22,833 nucleotides of DNA. Origin: Paramoeba atlantica (taxonomy: Eukaryota; Protista; Discosea). Positions 11,125 through 22,399 of the stretch are shown here, in pieces. The translations under genes and the position numbers were made by a program. Each line of letters opens with the position of its first letter. Positions within the stretch are counted from its first letter, which is position 1. The notes below the pieces were generated by a model. That model saw nothing but the letters and a program-made list of their open reading frames with translations. It had not been told where the DNA came from and did no database searches. The stretch is from contig CDRNVI010000232.1 in NCBI GenBank assembly GCA_977017575.1, positions 1 through 22,833 on the forward strand, in the 5' to 3' direction.

Positions 11125-11712
11125 TTATGGATTCTTTATAAACCTTTTATTTTGTTCAAAAATTACCTGTTCTTTTAGATAATATGTTCTTTTACATGTT
11201 AATATAATAACACCAATCATAGCTAATAATAATATAAGACTAAGTATTATAAATAATATATAATGCTTATCGTATAATATTAAAGATATCAAATTTAAAT
11301 TTGATATATTATATAAAATATTATAATAATTTATATAATTATTATTGTTTGAGGAATCTATATTAAAAATTACATTAATCGGTATATAATATAAATAAAT
11401 TAAAAATATTATTAATAAAGTTAATAATATAATACCTATCAAATATTTTATATTTAATTCATTCAATTCTATAACTTTTATATTTAACATATAAATAATA
11501 AATAAAAATAATACTGCTATTGCACCTATATAAACTATTAAAAACACCATAGACATAAATTCCAACTCCAACAATAATAATATAAAAACTATATTACAAA
11601 AAACTAATATTAAATAAATAATAGAATGTAAAGGATTTTTAGAAATTATTACTAAAATAGCCGATACAATACTTATTATAAAAAAAAATATATAAAATAA
11701 ATTTTGATCCAT
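11125..11712 (-). CDS. nad6: NADH dehydrogenase subunit 6
   Basis: [34 protein letters not shown] and [11 protein letters not shown] motifs. Confidence 0.95.
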   Translation of the reverse strand: MDQNLFYIFFFIISIVSAILVIISKNPLHSIIYLILVFCNIVFILLLLELEFMSMVFLIVYIGAIAVLFLFIIYMLNIKVIELNELNIKYLIGIILLTLLIIFLIYLYYIPINVIFNIDSSNNNNYINYYNILYNISNLNLISLILYDKHYILFIILSLILLLAMIGVIILTCKRTYYLKEQVIFEQNKRFIKNP

Positions 11713-11729
11713 ATGTTTTAAAAAAAATT

Positions 11730-13747
11730 TTACTTATTTTTATATTTATTTATTAAAATTATAGCAATTAATATAAATAATAATTCACTATTTAAATTAT
11801 TTATAGGTAATATATAGAATATAATTAAACTAACAGATGAAATAATAAATAAGAACAAATAATTAAAAATATAACCTGTTGGGAAAAAATATTTATAATT
11901 AATACTTAAAGAATTTCATAATCTAACTAAACCTAAAGGCCCTATTAATTCTATAATACCTCTATCAATATTTTTAAATACTATATAGGATAATTTAATA
12001 AAACCTCCTAAAATTATTTTATTATAAATAGTATCCACATACCATTTATAAGAAAAAAAACTTGCAATATTATTATATCTTTTAAAATATAAATAATTAT
12101 TACTTCTTAAAACTTTATATAAATAAGTATAATAATAATTTATTAAAAAAATAATTATTATACCAGACATACTAAAAAAAAAAGGAATATTTTTTATATA
12201 TCAAGGTAAAAATTCTGATTCTAAAATTAAAATATTTCTAGTTGAAATTATATTTAATCAATTTAATCAAGTATCATTACCTAATCCTATAAATAAATCT
12301 TTATTAATATAACCAAAAAATATACTATTTAAAGCTAATATAAATAAAGGTAAAGACATAAAAATATTAGATTCATGTATTAATTCAAACATTTTTCTAT
12401 AACCATTAGGTGATGTTATAAAAACATATACTAATAACCTAATACTATATAATGATGTAAACAAAGCTGCTATAACACTTAATCAATAAATAAAAGAACT
12501 ATCTATTATATATGATATATAAGTAATTTCAATTATAACATCTTTAGAATAAAACCCTGTTAAAAAAGGTATACCCATTAATGCTAAAGAACCTATTAAC
12601 ATCATAATATAACTATAAGGTAATAATTTAATTAACCCTCCATATTTTCTTATATCTTGTTCATCAGATAAAGCATGTATAATAGCCCCCGCACTTAAAA
12701 ATAATAATGCTTTAAAAAAAGCATGATTAGTTAAATGAAATAAACTTAGTGAATAATTTGATAACCCACATATAAACACCATATAACCTAATTGACTACA
12801 AGTTGAATATGCTATAACCTTTTTTATATCATTTTGAAATAAACCTATAGTTGCTGCAAAAAAACTAGTTAAAACACCAACTAAAGTTATAATTCATAAA
12901 CCAATAGCTGAATATTCAACCATTGGTGATAATCTTATTAAAATAAATACTCCAGCTGTAACCATTGTTGCTGCATGTATAAGAGCAGAAACTGGTGTTG
13001 GACCAGCCATAGCATCCGGTAATCAAGTATGTAAACCTAATTGTGCAGATTTTCCCATAGCTCCAATTAATATAAAAATAGTTATCAAAGTTATTGTATT
13101 AAAATAATTATTTATAAAATAAATATAATCAAATTGACACATATCACTTATTGCGAATATTATACTAAAATTTAATGTTTTATATTCTAAATATATTAAA
13201 CATATACCTAAACCAACTCCAATGTCACCTATTCTATTCATAATAATAGCTTTAATTGCAGCTTTGTTTGCATCTGCTATTGTAAATCAAAAATTAATTA
13301 ATAAATAAGATACTAAACCAACACCTTCTCAACCTAAAAATAATTGTAATATATTATCAGCTGTAACTAACATTAACATAAATCATGTAAATAATGATAA
13401 ATAAGATACAAATCGAGAAGAAAAAGGATCATTATACATATAACCTATTGAATAAAAATGAACTAATAAAGATATTGTATTTACTACAATTAACATAACA
13501 CCTGTTACAGGATCGAAAATAAATCCTCATGTTACATTAAATAAACCTATATTAAATCATGAAAATAATTTTAAAAAACATACAGAACCTTTTAATACAG
13601 TTTCATAAAAAATATAATATGATAACAACACTGTTAATAACATATTAAAATTCGCAATTATAAAACTACCTTTATTTCCTAATAAACGCCCAAAAAACTT
13701 ATAATTAAAAAACTTATTAATGGTAAATATAATACTAATAAATACAT
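11730..13747 (-). CDS. nad5: NADH dehydrogenase subunit 5; one -1 frameshift (~13695)
   Basis: [10 protein letters not shown] start; GW(TGA)[20 protein letters not shown](TGA)[21 protein letters not shown] and KWYVD. Four track ORFs lie in one frame, separated only by TGA. Confidence 0.95.
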
Positions 13748-13766
13748 AAAAAGTATATAAAAAAAT

Positions 13767-14087
13767 TTAACCTTTTATAGTACTAATATAATCTATAGAT
13801 ATAATACCTCTTAATCTATAATAAATAACTATTAATCCTAAACCAATAGCTGATTCAGAAGCTGCTATAGTTAATATATATAAAGCAAATATCTGACCAT
13901 ATATATCATCTAAATATATTGATAAAAAAATAAATAATAAATTTACAGATGCTAAAATTAACTCTATAGACATTATTATTATTATTATATTTCTACGTGT
14001 AATAAAAATACCCGCTATACCTATAATAAATAAACTAAAACTTAAAATAGGTATAAATGTTTCAAAAGGAATTAAGATATTAAACAT
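13767..14087 (-). CDS. nad4L: NADH dehydrogenase subunit 4L
   Basis: IIMSIELILASVNL, GQIFALYILTIAASESAIGLGL. Confidence 0.95.
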   Translation of the reverse strand: MFNILIPFETFIPILSFSLFIIGIAGIFITRRNIIIIIMSIELILASVNLLFIFLSIYLDDIYGQIFALYILTIAASESAIGLGLIVIYYRLRGIISIDYISTIKG

Positions 14088-14105
14088 TGTTAAAATAAAT
14101 GTTTT

Positions 14106-14858
14106 TTAATGTCCAGCTTCGTAAGAATCTTTTAAATAAATAGAAACTAAAACAATAAATACATAAGCTTGTAAAAATGAAATACCAAACTCTAATAAAA
14201 AAATTACAGTTATTAATAATATTCCTAAAATACCTATAATATAATTAAATTTTAATATTTTTACAATAAAAAATAATAAAATATGTATTAATGAATGTCC
14301 CGACATTAAATTTGCAAATAACCGTATAGATAAACTAAAACCTCTTGCAATATAAGAAATAACTTCGATACCTATTAACATAGGTAATAAAATATTAGGA
14401 ACACCTTTTGGTATAAATAACTGTATAAAATGTAATTTTTGTTTTAAAAAACCTATTATAGTTAATCCTATAACAGTAATTGATCCTAATAAAAATGTTA
14501 AAATTATATGACTTGTAATAGTAAAAGAACTTGGTACTAAACCAATAAAATTTGCTATTAATATAAAATAAAATAAGCTAGCTATATAAACAAAATATGG
14601 TTCACCTCTTTTACCTACTTGTGTAACTAAAACATTTAACGGAAATAAATATATAAAATTCTCATATATGTATTGTCATAACGATTTATAAACTAAATTT
14701 AATTTAGATAATAATACATTACTTGTTATAATATTTATTATAAAAAAAATAATAAATAAATATATAAATAAGTTTGTTATATAAAAATCACTAAAATAAA
14801 AATTTATATATAAAGAAAATATATCAAATTGATCTAATGGTTGAAAAAATTTATTCAT
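14106..14858 (-). CDS. atp6: ATP synthase subunit a
   Basis: ATG at 14858 (MNKFFQPLDQF). One frame through a TGA; ANFIGLVPSSFTITSH, IEVISYIARGFSLSIRLFANLMSGH and LQAYVF. About 250 aa. Confidence 0.95.
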
Positions 14859-14875
14859 AATATATAAAATAATTT

Positions 14876-15232
14876 TTACTCTCAGGTTAAAGCACCTTTT
14901 AATCATTCATATATGAAACCTATAGTTAATATAGTAATAAAAATCAATACTACTAAAAAACCACTTGTTCCTAAAAAATTAACTAAAGTCAATCATGGAA
15001 ATAAAAATATTATTTCTAAATCAAAAATTAAAAATAAAATAGATACTAAATAAAATCTTACATTAAAATTATGTCTAGTATCTTCAAAAGGGTGAAAACC
15101 ACATTCATATGCTGAAACTTTTTCTATCTCAAATTTTGAATAAATAAGAAGTAAAATAATAGAAAATAATACTAAAGAAATAATCATACTTAATGATATA
15201 GAGATAATAATTATACTATATTCAAAATTCAT
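14876..15232 (-). CDS. nad3: NADH dehydrogenase subunit 3
   Basis: [27 protein letters not shown](TGA), and YEW(TGA)LKGALTW(TGA)E-TAA. Confidence 0.95.
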
Positions 15233-15235
15233 ATA

Positions 15236-15738
15236 TTATTTTTTTATAGTAAAATATTTTTTAAAAATAAAATTTTTATAGTTTATTTGATTTAATAATT
15301 TAAATTTAATACTAAATATAAAATAATTATTAATATAAAAAGTATTTAAAAAATTATTATATAAATAACTATATAAATTTGATATAGAATTTAATAATAT
15401 ATTTAAATTAATATTATAAAATAAAATTATAAATTTAAAATAATAATTTTGAAATGTAGATATTAAAATATTTTGAAATATTATATTTTTATATAAATAA
15501 AAAATATAATATAGTTTTAATAATTTTAAATAATATTGTTTATATATTTCATTTTTTTTATAATTAAGAAATTACTTTTTAACGAAGAAATATAAAAAGT
15601 AAATAAAGATATAATTAATAATATAATTATAATTAATAAATTACCAACAGAATTAAAAAAAAATAAATGATTTGAAAACATATTAACTAAAAATAATATA
15701 GAAATATAAAAAATTATAAAATTAAAAATTTTATTCAT
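15236..15738 (-). CDS. ORF of ~167 aa, possible ATP synthase subunit b (atp4/ymf39-like); one -1 frameshift in A-run ~15555
   Basis: Two hydrophobic N-terminal segments, then ~100 stop-free codons after adding one A. Ends 3 nt before the nad3 ATG. Identity is inferred from size and architecture only. Confidence 0.45.
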
Positions 15739-15742
15739 ATGT

Positions 15743-16893
15743 TTAAGTAATATTTTTATATAATGATTTTTCTAATTTAACAATAACAGGTAACAATATA
15801 ATAAAATATATAAAATAAAAACTTGTAGCCATTTGACCTATAAAATAATAAGGTTCTTCTATAGGTTTACCTCCTATTCAGGTTAATGTAATAAAATCCA
15901 TAATAAATAATCAAAAACCTAAATTATAAATAGGTCTAAAATAACCACTAACTATAGGTGCTTTCACATAAAATGGAAATATTATTAAAAACAATAATAG
16001 ATAAAACTAATAAGATAAAACCACCTGCTTTATCTGGTACAGATCTTAAAATTGCATAAAAAGCTTTAAAATATCATTCTGGTACGATATGTACGGGTGT
16101 TACTAAAGGATTTGCTTCTAAATAATTATCTGCGTCTATTATACTTGGAGTATGTTTTATAGCATACATATTAAAACCAAATAATAATAATAATGAACTA
16201 AATAAATCTTTAAAAACAAAATAAGGATGAAATGGTATTTGATCTACCTTATGATTAATACCTAATATATTATTAGAACCAACTTCATGTAATAATATAA
16301 TATGAACTCCAGCTAAAGCTGCTATAACAAAAGGTAATAAATAATGTAAACTAAAAAAAACGATGTAATGTAGCTTCATCAACAGAAAATCCACCTCATA
16401 ATCATAATAATATATCATTACCTACAAAAGGTATAACTGACACTAAATTAGTAATAACAGTTGCTGCTCAAAAACTCATTTGACCCCAAGGTAAAACATA
16501 ACCTACAAAAGCTGTTATAATCATAATTAATAATATTATAACACCAGATACTCATACAAATTGTCTAGGATAAGTATATGAACCATAATATAAACCTCTA
16601 AATACATGTAAATATATTACAAAAAAAAAAACTGATGATCCACTAGCATGGTACATTCTTAGCATATCACCAAAATGTACATCATTAACTATATGTCTAA
16701 CACTAGCAAAAGCTAAATCAGCATTAGGTGTATAATACATAGCTAAAATAACACCTGTTAAAATCTGAATAATTAAAAACAAACCAGCACTAACTCCTAA
16801 ATTTCAAGCATAAGTTATATTAGCAGGAGCTGGATAAACTACTAAAGCATTATAAAATGCATTTACAAAAATATCTTTTTTAACTAATCTCAT
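15743..16893 (-). CDS. cob: Apocytochrome b; two +1 T-run frameshifts (~16355, ~15990)
   Basis: [11 protein letters not shown](TGA)N, heme His ligands ([26 protein letters not shown]), PWGQMSFW, W(TGA)LW(TGA)GGFSV and PEW(TGA)Y. About 382 aa after correction. Confidence 0.96.
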
Positions 16894-16896
16894 TAT

Positions 16897-17274
16897 TTAT
16901 ATATTGTTTTTTATTATAAAATATTTTTTATTTAATAAAGATTCTTTTTTTAAGAAATTTAAACCTAATATATATAATTTACTAAAAATAATAATTTTAA
17001 TATTATTAATTTTAGATTTTAATAAAACAACAAATTTATTTAATAAAAAATTATTATTTAATAAAATACTTAAATTTAATTTTATAATAAATAAAATATT
17101 TGATTCTAATAATAATAATCTTTTTATTATAGATTTTAATTTATATTTTCTTAATTTAATAGTTTTATTTATTAAAGGGAATATATATCTTGCATAATAA
17201 ATATAAATTAATCAAAAAAATATAAAATTTAAAACTAATTCTAAAAATAAAATTCCTAAATCTAATTGTGGCAT
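16897..17274 (-). CDS. atp8: ATP synthase subunit 8 (long protist type, 125 aa)
   Basis: MPQLDLGILFLELVLNFIFFW(TGA)LIYIYYARYIFPLINKTIKLRK; uninterrupted frame to TAA 3 nt before cob. Missed by the track. Confidence 0.88.
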
Positions 17275-17304
17275 AATAATAATTTTTTTTTTTATTACTA
17301 TAAT

Positions 17305-20300
17305 TTAATTACTAAATAATTTTCTTAATCATTTTTTCACGTTTATTCTTTTCTTTCTTTTTCTATACAACATCTTGAAGGTGCAAACATATATAAGATA
17401 AAAATATTTTTTTCTTTTTACCTTATTTTAAAAATATTATTATTATTCAAATTAATAATAATATTCAAATTTAAAAATTTCTTTTTAAATTTATTAATTA
17501 AATATTATTTAATTAATATTTTTTAGAATTTAATAAAGTAACAGTATTTAATTTATAATTTATTAAGCTATTATTATTTAATAAACTATAATCATAGTCA
17601 TAAATATTATTAAAAAAATTTATTTCATTTAATTTTGAATAATAATTTAAATTTTTTTTATTTGAATACTTAATACTATATATATACTTATATATTATAT
17701 TTAAATTTTTCATAAATTTAGTAATAAATAAACTAATATCACAATTTATTTTTTTAGTATAATTATTTTTTAAAATCAAATTATTAAATAATACTAATTT
17801 TAAAAAATATTTATAATAACTATATATAGAATTATTATATTTCAAATTATTTATATTTTTATAATTATTAGTATAATCATTAATATTATTAAATAATATA
17901 TAATTTTTTATTGATACATTTTTTACTAAAAATTTATTATAGTAAACTTTATTTTTAATAAAACTTTTGAAAGTCTTATTTTTGTTATAAAAATATTGTA
18001 ACAAATTACTTCTAATATTAATTAAAATTTTTGAATAATTTAGTTTACTAAAATTTTTATATTGATTAATTCGTTTTAAAAATAATAAATCAATATTATA
18101 TATTTTTCTATATATATTATAAATTTTAAAATGTATATATTTTGATAAATACGACATTATATTATCTTCATTACGTTTAAAATAATTTTCTTTTATTAAT
18201 GATCATTTAGGATATTCTACTAATAATGTTCTTCTAAAAAAATACATACTACTTTTTTTAAATAAACCTTTTTTAAATAAAATTTTTAATTTTTTTTTCA
18301 TTTGTTTAAATAATAATGTTTTATTATTATTAATAAACTTATAATTTAAAAAAAAAAGATGTAATATTATTATACCTATAGAATCTTCTCTTTTTTCCTG
18401 TTAAATATAAATTTAATAATTTTTTTTCTCTTTTCTTTAAATTATTTTTTGAATTAATATAAATACTTTCTTCTTTCTATTATAAAATTTTAAATATGAA
18501 CTCTTCTGAGTAAAAGATTTATTTATAAATCAATTTCTTTTTTTTCATAAACAAATTGAGTTTTTAATATTTTTTTTTCTTTTATTGGTTTTAAAATTAT
18601 TTTTCTCTTTTCTTTTATTAAATTATTATTTATAAATAAATAATAAGTTCAAGATTTTAAATTTTTCTCTTTTCTTTTATTTAATTTTAAATTATCAATT
18701 AAATTACAATTATAAGATATAAAATTTCTCTTTTTTAAACTTTTATTCTCTTTTCTTTTAGATATAATTGAATTATTATTTAATAAATTTTTTGAATAAA
18801 AAATATAATTCTTTTTAATCTTAGTTAAAACTTTTATTAAATAATTTTCACAATTAATATTACAAGAAAATACTAAAAAATTATTATAAGGTATCTTTAT
18901 AGATTTTCATTTATAATATAAATCATTCTTTTCTTTTTCATTTATAATATAAAAATTTCATTTTTTTTTATGAAATTTATTTATTATATCGTAATAATCT
19001 AATTCATAACTATTAAATATAAAATTTTTATATTTATAAACTTTAAAATTTTTATATTTATGAGAACAATAATCTTTATTAAATTTATTATATTTACAAT
19101 TATAATTATAAATATTAAAATTCAATAAATCTTTATTATTATAATTGTAAATATAATAATTTATTAAAGATTTCATATTTTTATTATTATTAAAATAATT
19201 TTTTTTCTTTATTCCCTTTTTTTTATGTAATTTATTTAATTTAATTAAATTTAAAGAAATATTATAAAAAAAATTTATCAAATTTATATATTTTTTTTTC
19301 TTTTGTTGTTGATTTTTTAATAATAAAAAATTTTGAATTTTTTCTTTTTATATTTATAAATTTTTTAATTTTTTTCTTTTTATATTTATAATTATTAATT
19401 TTATTATAATTATATTTATTAAAAATACGAAAATATAAATATTTATTTATTTGTTTTCAATTTCTTTTTTTTAATATGTTATTAAAACTATTCTTAAAAA
19501 AGAAATTTTTAACATTTTTAGAAATTTTATAATTATTTAATAATTTAATATTATTTAATATTATTAAAAATATTTTTAATATTTTATAATCAATATTCGA
19601 ATTAATAGTATATAAAAATTTATTCATTATATAAAATTTTTTATAATTTTTATATAAAAATTTATTTTTAATATTATTATAAATACTATTAATATATAAA
19701 TTTTTTATAAAATATAAAAAATTATAATTTAATAATTTTTTTTCTTTTAATTAAATATGAATAATTATATAATTTTATTCTTTTTTCTTTTCTTTTATAT
19801 AATTTTAAAGAATAAAAGTTATTTTTTATTCTTTTTATATAATCTAAAAATTTCTCTTTTCTTTTATATTTTTTTCATAAATTAATATTATATATTTTAT
19901 AAAAAAAATTATATCTAATATTAAATAAATTTCTCTTTTCTTTTTTATTTTTAAATAAATTTAGTTTATTTAAAAATAAATTATAATTATATAATTTATT
20001 TTTAAATTTTTTTTTAATTAAAATTTTTCTCTTTCTATATAATTTATTTTTATTTTTTTTATACAATAATTTTTTAAATAAAAAATAATAATTATTATAA
20101 AAATTTTTTATATTAAATTTTTTATATTTTAAATATTTTTTATTATAATATTTTAATAAATTTTCTTTTCTAAATAATAAAAATAAATTTTTTTTATTCT
20201 TTTCAAGACAATATTTTTTTCTTATATAAAAATTATTATTAAATTTTATATAATCTAAATTAAATAAATTTAATTTTGATAAAGACTTAAAATTATAACC

Positions 20301-20993
20301 TAAAAATACTTGACCTTTTTTTAAAAAAATAGTTTTTTTTATTATATTATTATTATAATGAAATAATTGTTGTTTTCTTCTTCTCTTTTCTTCTCTTTTC
20401 TTTCTAAAACTATTACTTATAGTTTGAAAATATAAACCATTTTCTGGTCCAAAATTTAAAAAATCTTCATTATCTATATTATTAAAACGAGTTTGCTTTA
20501 AAAACAATTTTTTTCTTAATTTATTTTTATATGATAATAAAAAATTATAATTTTTATACCTTAACTTTCTATTATATATAAATTTTTTATTACAATCTAA
20601 AAAATTCATAAAAGAATTTGAAAAAAAATTATTATAAAAATTTTTATAATTATCTTTTATAACAAAAAACGATTTAGAATTATTTAAATTCAATAATAAA
20701 TATTTATTATTTAAATACTCTAATTTATAAAATTTTTTATTAATATTAAATTTAAAAAATTTATTCATTAAATAATAAATATTTATTATTAAATTAAGAT
20801 TGAAATTTTTTATTTCTGAATAAATATTATCACTAATAACATCAATAACATTATTTAATAATAAAAAATTTTTACTCTTATAATTTAAATTATATAAAGA
20901 TAACTCATTATAATCTGTTTTATTATCAAATAAAACTATTTTATTATTTTTTATATTATGTTTTATTATATTATTATATCATGTAGTTTTCAT
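17305..20993 (-). CDS. Very long Lys/Asn/Tyr/Phe-rich ORF region at the rps11 position (one or several ORFs; possibly expanded rps11)
   Basis: ATG at 20993 (MKTTW(TGA)YNN...) is in frame with track ORF 19875-20768. Long stop-free segments continue through TGA codons and apparent homopolymer shifts to ~17513; the 3' boundary is uncertain. Confidence 0.5.
18428..20403 (-). repeat. Dispersed 12-nt motif CTCTTTTCTTTT (minus strand AAAAGAAAAGAG, mostly encoding KRKE)
   Basis: Full copies at 18605, 18667, 18748, 19854 and 19933; near-copies at 18428, 20383 and 20393. Confidence 0.55.
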
Positions 20994-20996
20994 CAC

Positions 20997-21311
20997 TTAT
21001 ATTATTTTTTTTCTCGATGATCTATTATTAGTCTTTGATCGTTGATTATACATAGGTAACCCTCTAATACGTTTATAACCAAAATAAGAACCATTAACTA
21101 TTTTTTTCATAATATTATTATATCTAATATGTTTAATTTGTTCCTTCCTTTTAAAAAAATATAACAAATTTTTTTCTAACTGTTTTAATAAACCTTTATT
21201 ATTAATATTTTTATAAGATTTATTATATAATAAACCAAATTTAAATAATATTATAGATAATAAAGATAAACCAATATTATAATTATTAATTATATAACGT
21301 TTTATATTCAT
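20997..21311 (-). CDS. rps13: Mitochondrial ribosomal protein S13
   Basis: GSYFGYKRIRGLPMYNQRSKTNNRS matches the S13 signature; position in the spc/alpha-derived cluster. Confidence 0.92.
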   Translation of the reverse strand: MNIKRYIINNYNIGLSLLSIILFKFGLLYNKSYKNINNKGLLKQLEKNLLYFFKRKEQIKHIRYNNIMKKIVNGSYFGYKRIRGLPMYNQRSKTNNRSSRKKII

Positions 21312-21316
21312 ATTTT

Positions 21317-21505
21317 TTATTGTTTATTTATAATACCCATTTCATATAAATAATTTTTAACTTGAAGTCAATTATTATCGAAAATTAATTTTAAATTATA
21401 ATTATGTATATAAATTAAATTATAATTATAATTTAATAATACCTTAAAACTTATTGCTGAATTAATAAGTTCCTTTTTTTCAATTTTTTTTAATATATAA
21501 TTCAT
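21317..21505 (-). CDS. 62-aa ORF between rpl6 and rps13 (rpl18 position), or a frameshifted rpl6 extension
   Basis: ATG 21505, MNYILKKIEKKELINSAISFKVLLNYNYNLIYIHNYNLKLIFDNNW(TGA)LQVKNYLYEMGIINKQ, TAA 5 nt before rps13. Confidence 0.35.
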
Positions 21506-22001
21506 TTTTTTCTTTTATTCCTTTCAATTTATATGCATTTAATTTTCTAAATTGTTTTATTTCCACAGATACTTTTTTTAACAAAAAATAAGAATTACTA
21601 AATAAAAAAAGATTTCTTCTAGATCTAGATTTAACTAAAATACCTTTAGGTATATTATAATAAATCAAATGATTATAACCTATATTAAATCTTAATTCAT
21701 TATCTTTTCAAATAGTCATAGTAAAACCTAAACCTATAACATTTAAAATTAGGCAATAACCTCTTATCAAATCAATTAAATTTTTTTTTATATATCTTTG
21801 AAATAAACTATAATATTTCTTTCTTTTAATAATTAATGTTTTATTATTTAATATAAATATATTTTTTTGATTAAATAAAGTTAAGATAGTTAAATCTATA
21901 TTTTTTTTATAATTACTTATTATATTTTCCATAAAAATATTATTATTATTATGTATAATATTTAATAAAGAACTTTTTCCTAAATATAATTTTTTTTTCA
22001 T
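21462..22001 (-). CDS. rpl6: Mitochondrial ribosomal protein L6
   Basis: LIRGYCLILNVIGLGF, FNIGYNHLIYYNIPKGI and FRKLNAYKLKGI; two track ORFs in one frame joined by TGA. Exact stop uncertain. Confidence 0.88.
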
Positions 22002-22004
22002 TTA

Positions 22005-22396
22005 TTATAATATATTTTTATATAATAGATGTACTTTTAATAAGGCTTTACCACCACTTTTATAATATAAGCTTCATCGTGTGTTAACAAACCTTTATTA
22101 CTACTATAAAAACAAGGATTAAAATAAAATTTAGAAAAATTTTTATTAAAAGTTTTAAATTTTAAATATTGTTTATTACCTCCTGAAGATAATTGTTCTA
22201 AAAAAATTAAAGGCTTATTATTATAATATTTTAATGTTATTTTTATTTGGTATTTATTACATATTATAAAACTATTTATCAAATTTAATTCGTATAAACG
22301 TGATAATATAGGTAAATACTTTTTTTTTAATGGTATATATAAACTTTTTAAATTAGCTATATACCCATTATTAATTTGACTACAAAAAAAATTCAT
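22005..22396 (-). CDS. rps8: Mitochondrial ribosomal protein S8; one -1 frameshift (~22060)
   Basis: SQINNG, IKITLKYYNNKP and SSNKGLLTHDEA, then SGGKALL after adding one A; position between rps14 and rpl6. Confidence 0.88.
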
Positions 22397-22399
22397 AAC

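Noticed and set aside
12989-13025. Nad5 PDAMAGPTP instead of PDAMEGPTP
   Set aside because: A single substitution at a site that varies in other lineages; too little to call functional.
14859-14906. Longer atp6 start proposed by the track ([10 protein letters not shown]...)
   Set aside because: Overlaps the conserved nad3 C-terminus; ATG 14858 gives the typical ..QPLDQF start.
16904-17197. Plus-strand 97-aa ORF
   Set aside because: Antisense shadow of atp8.
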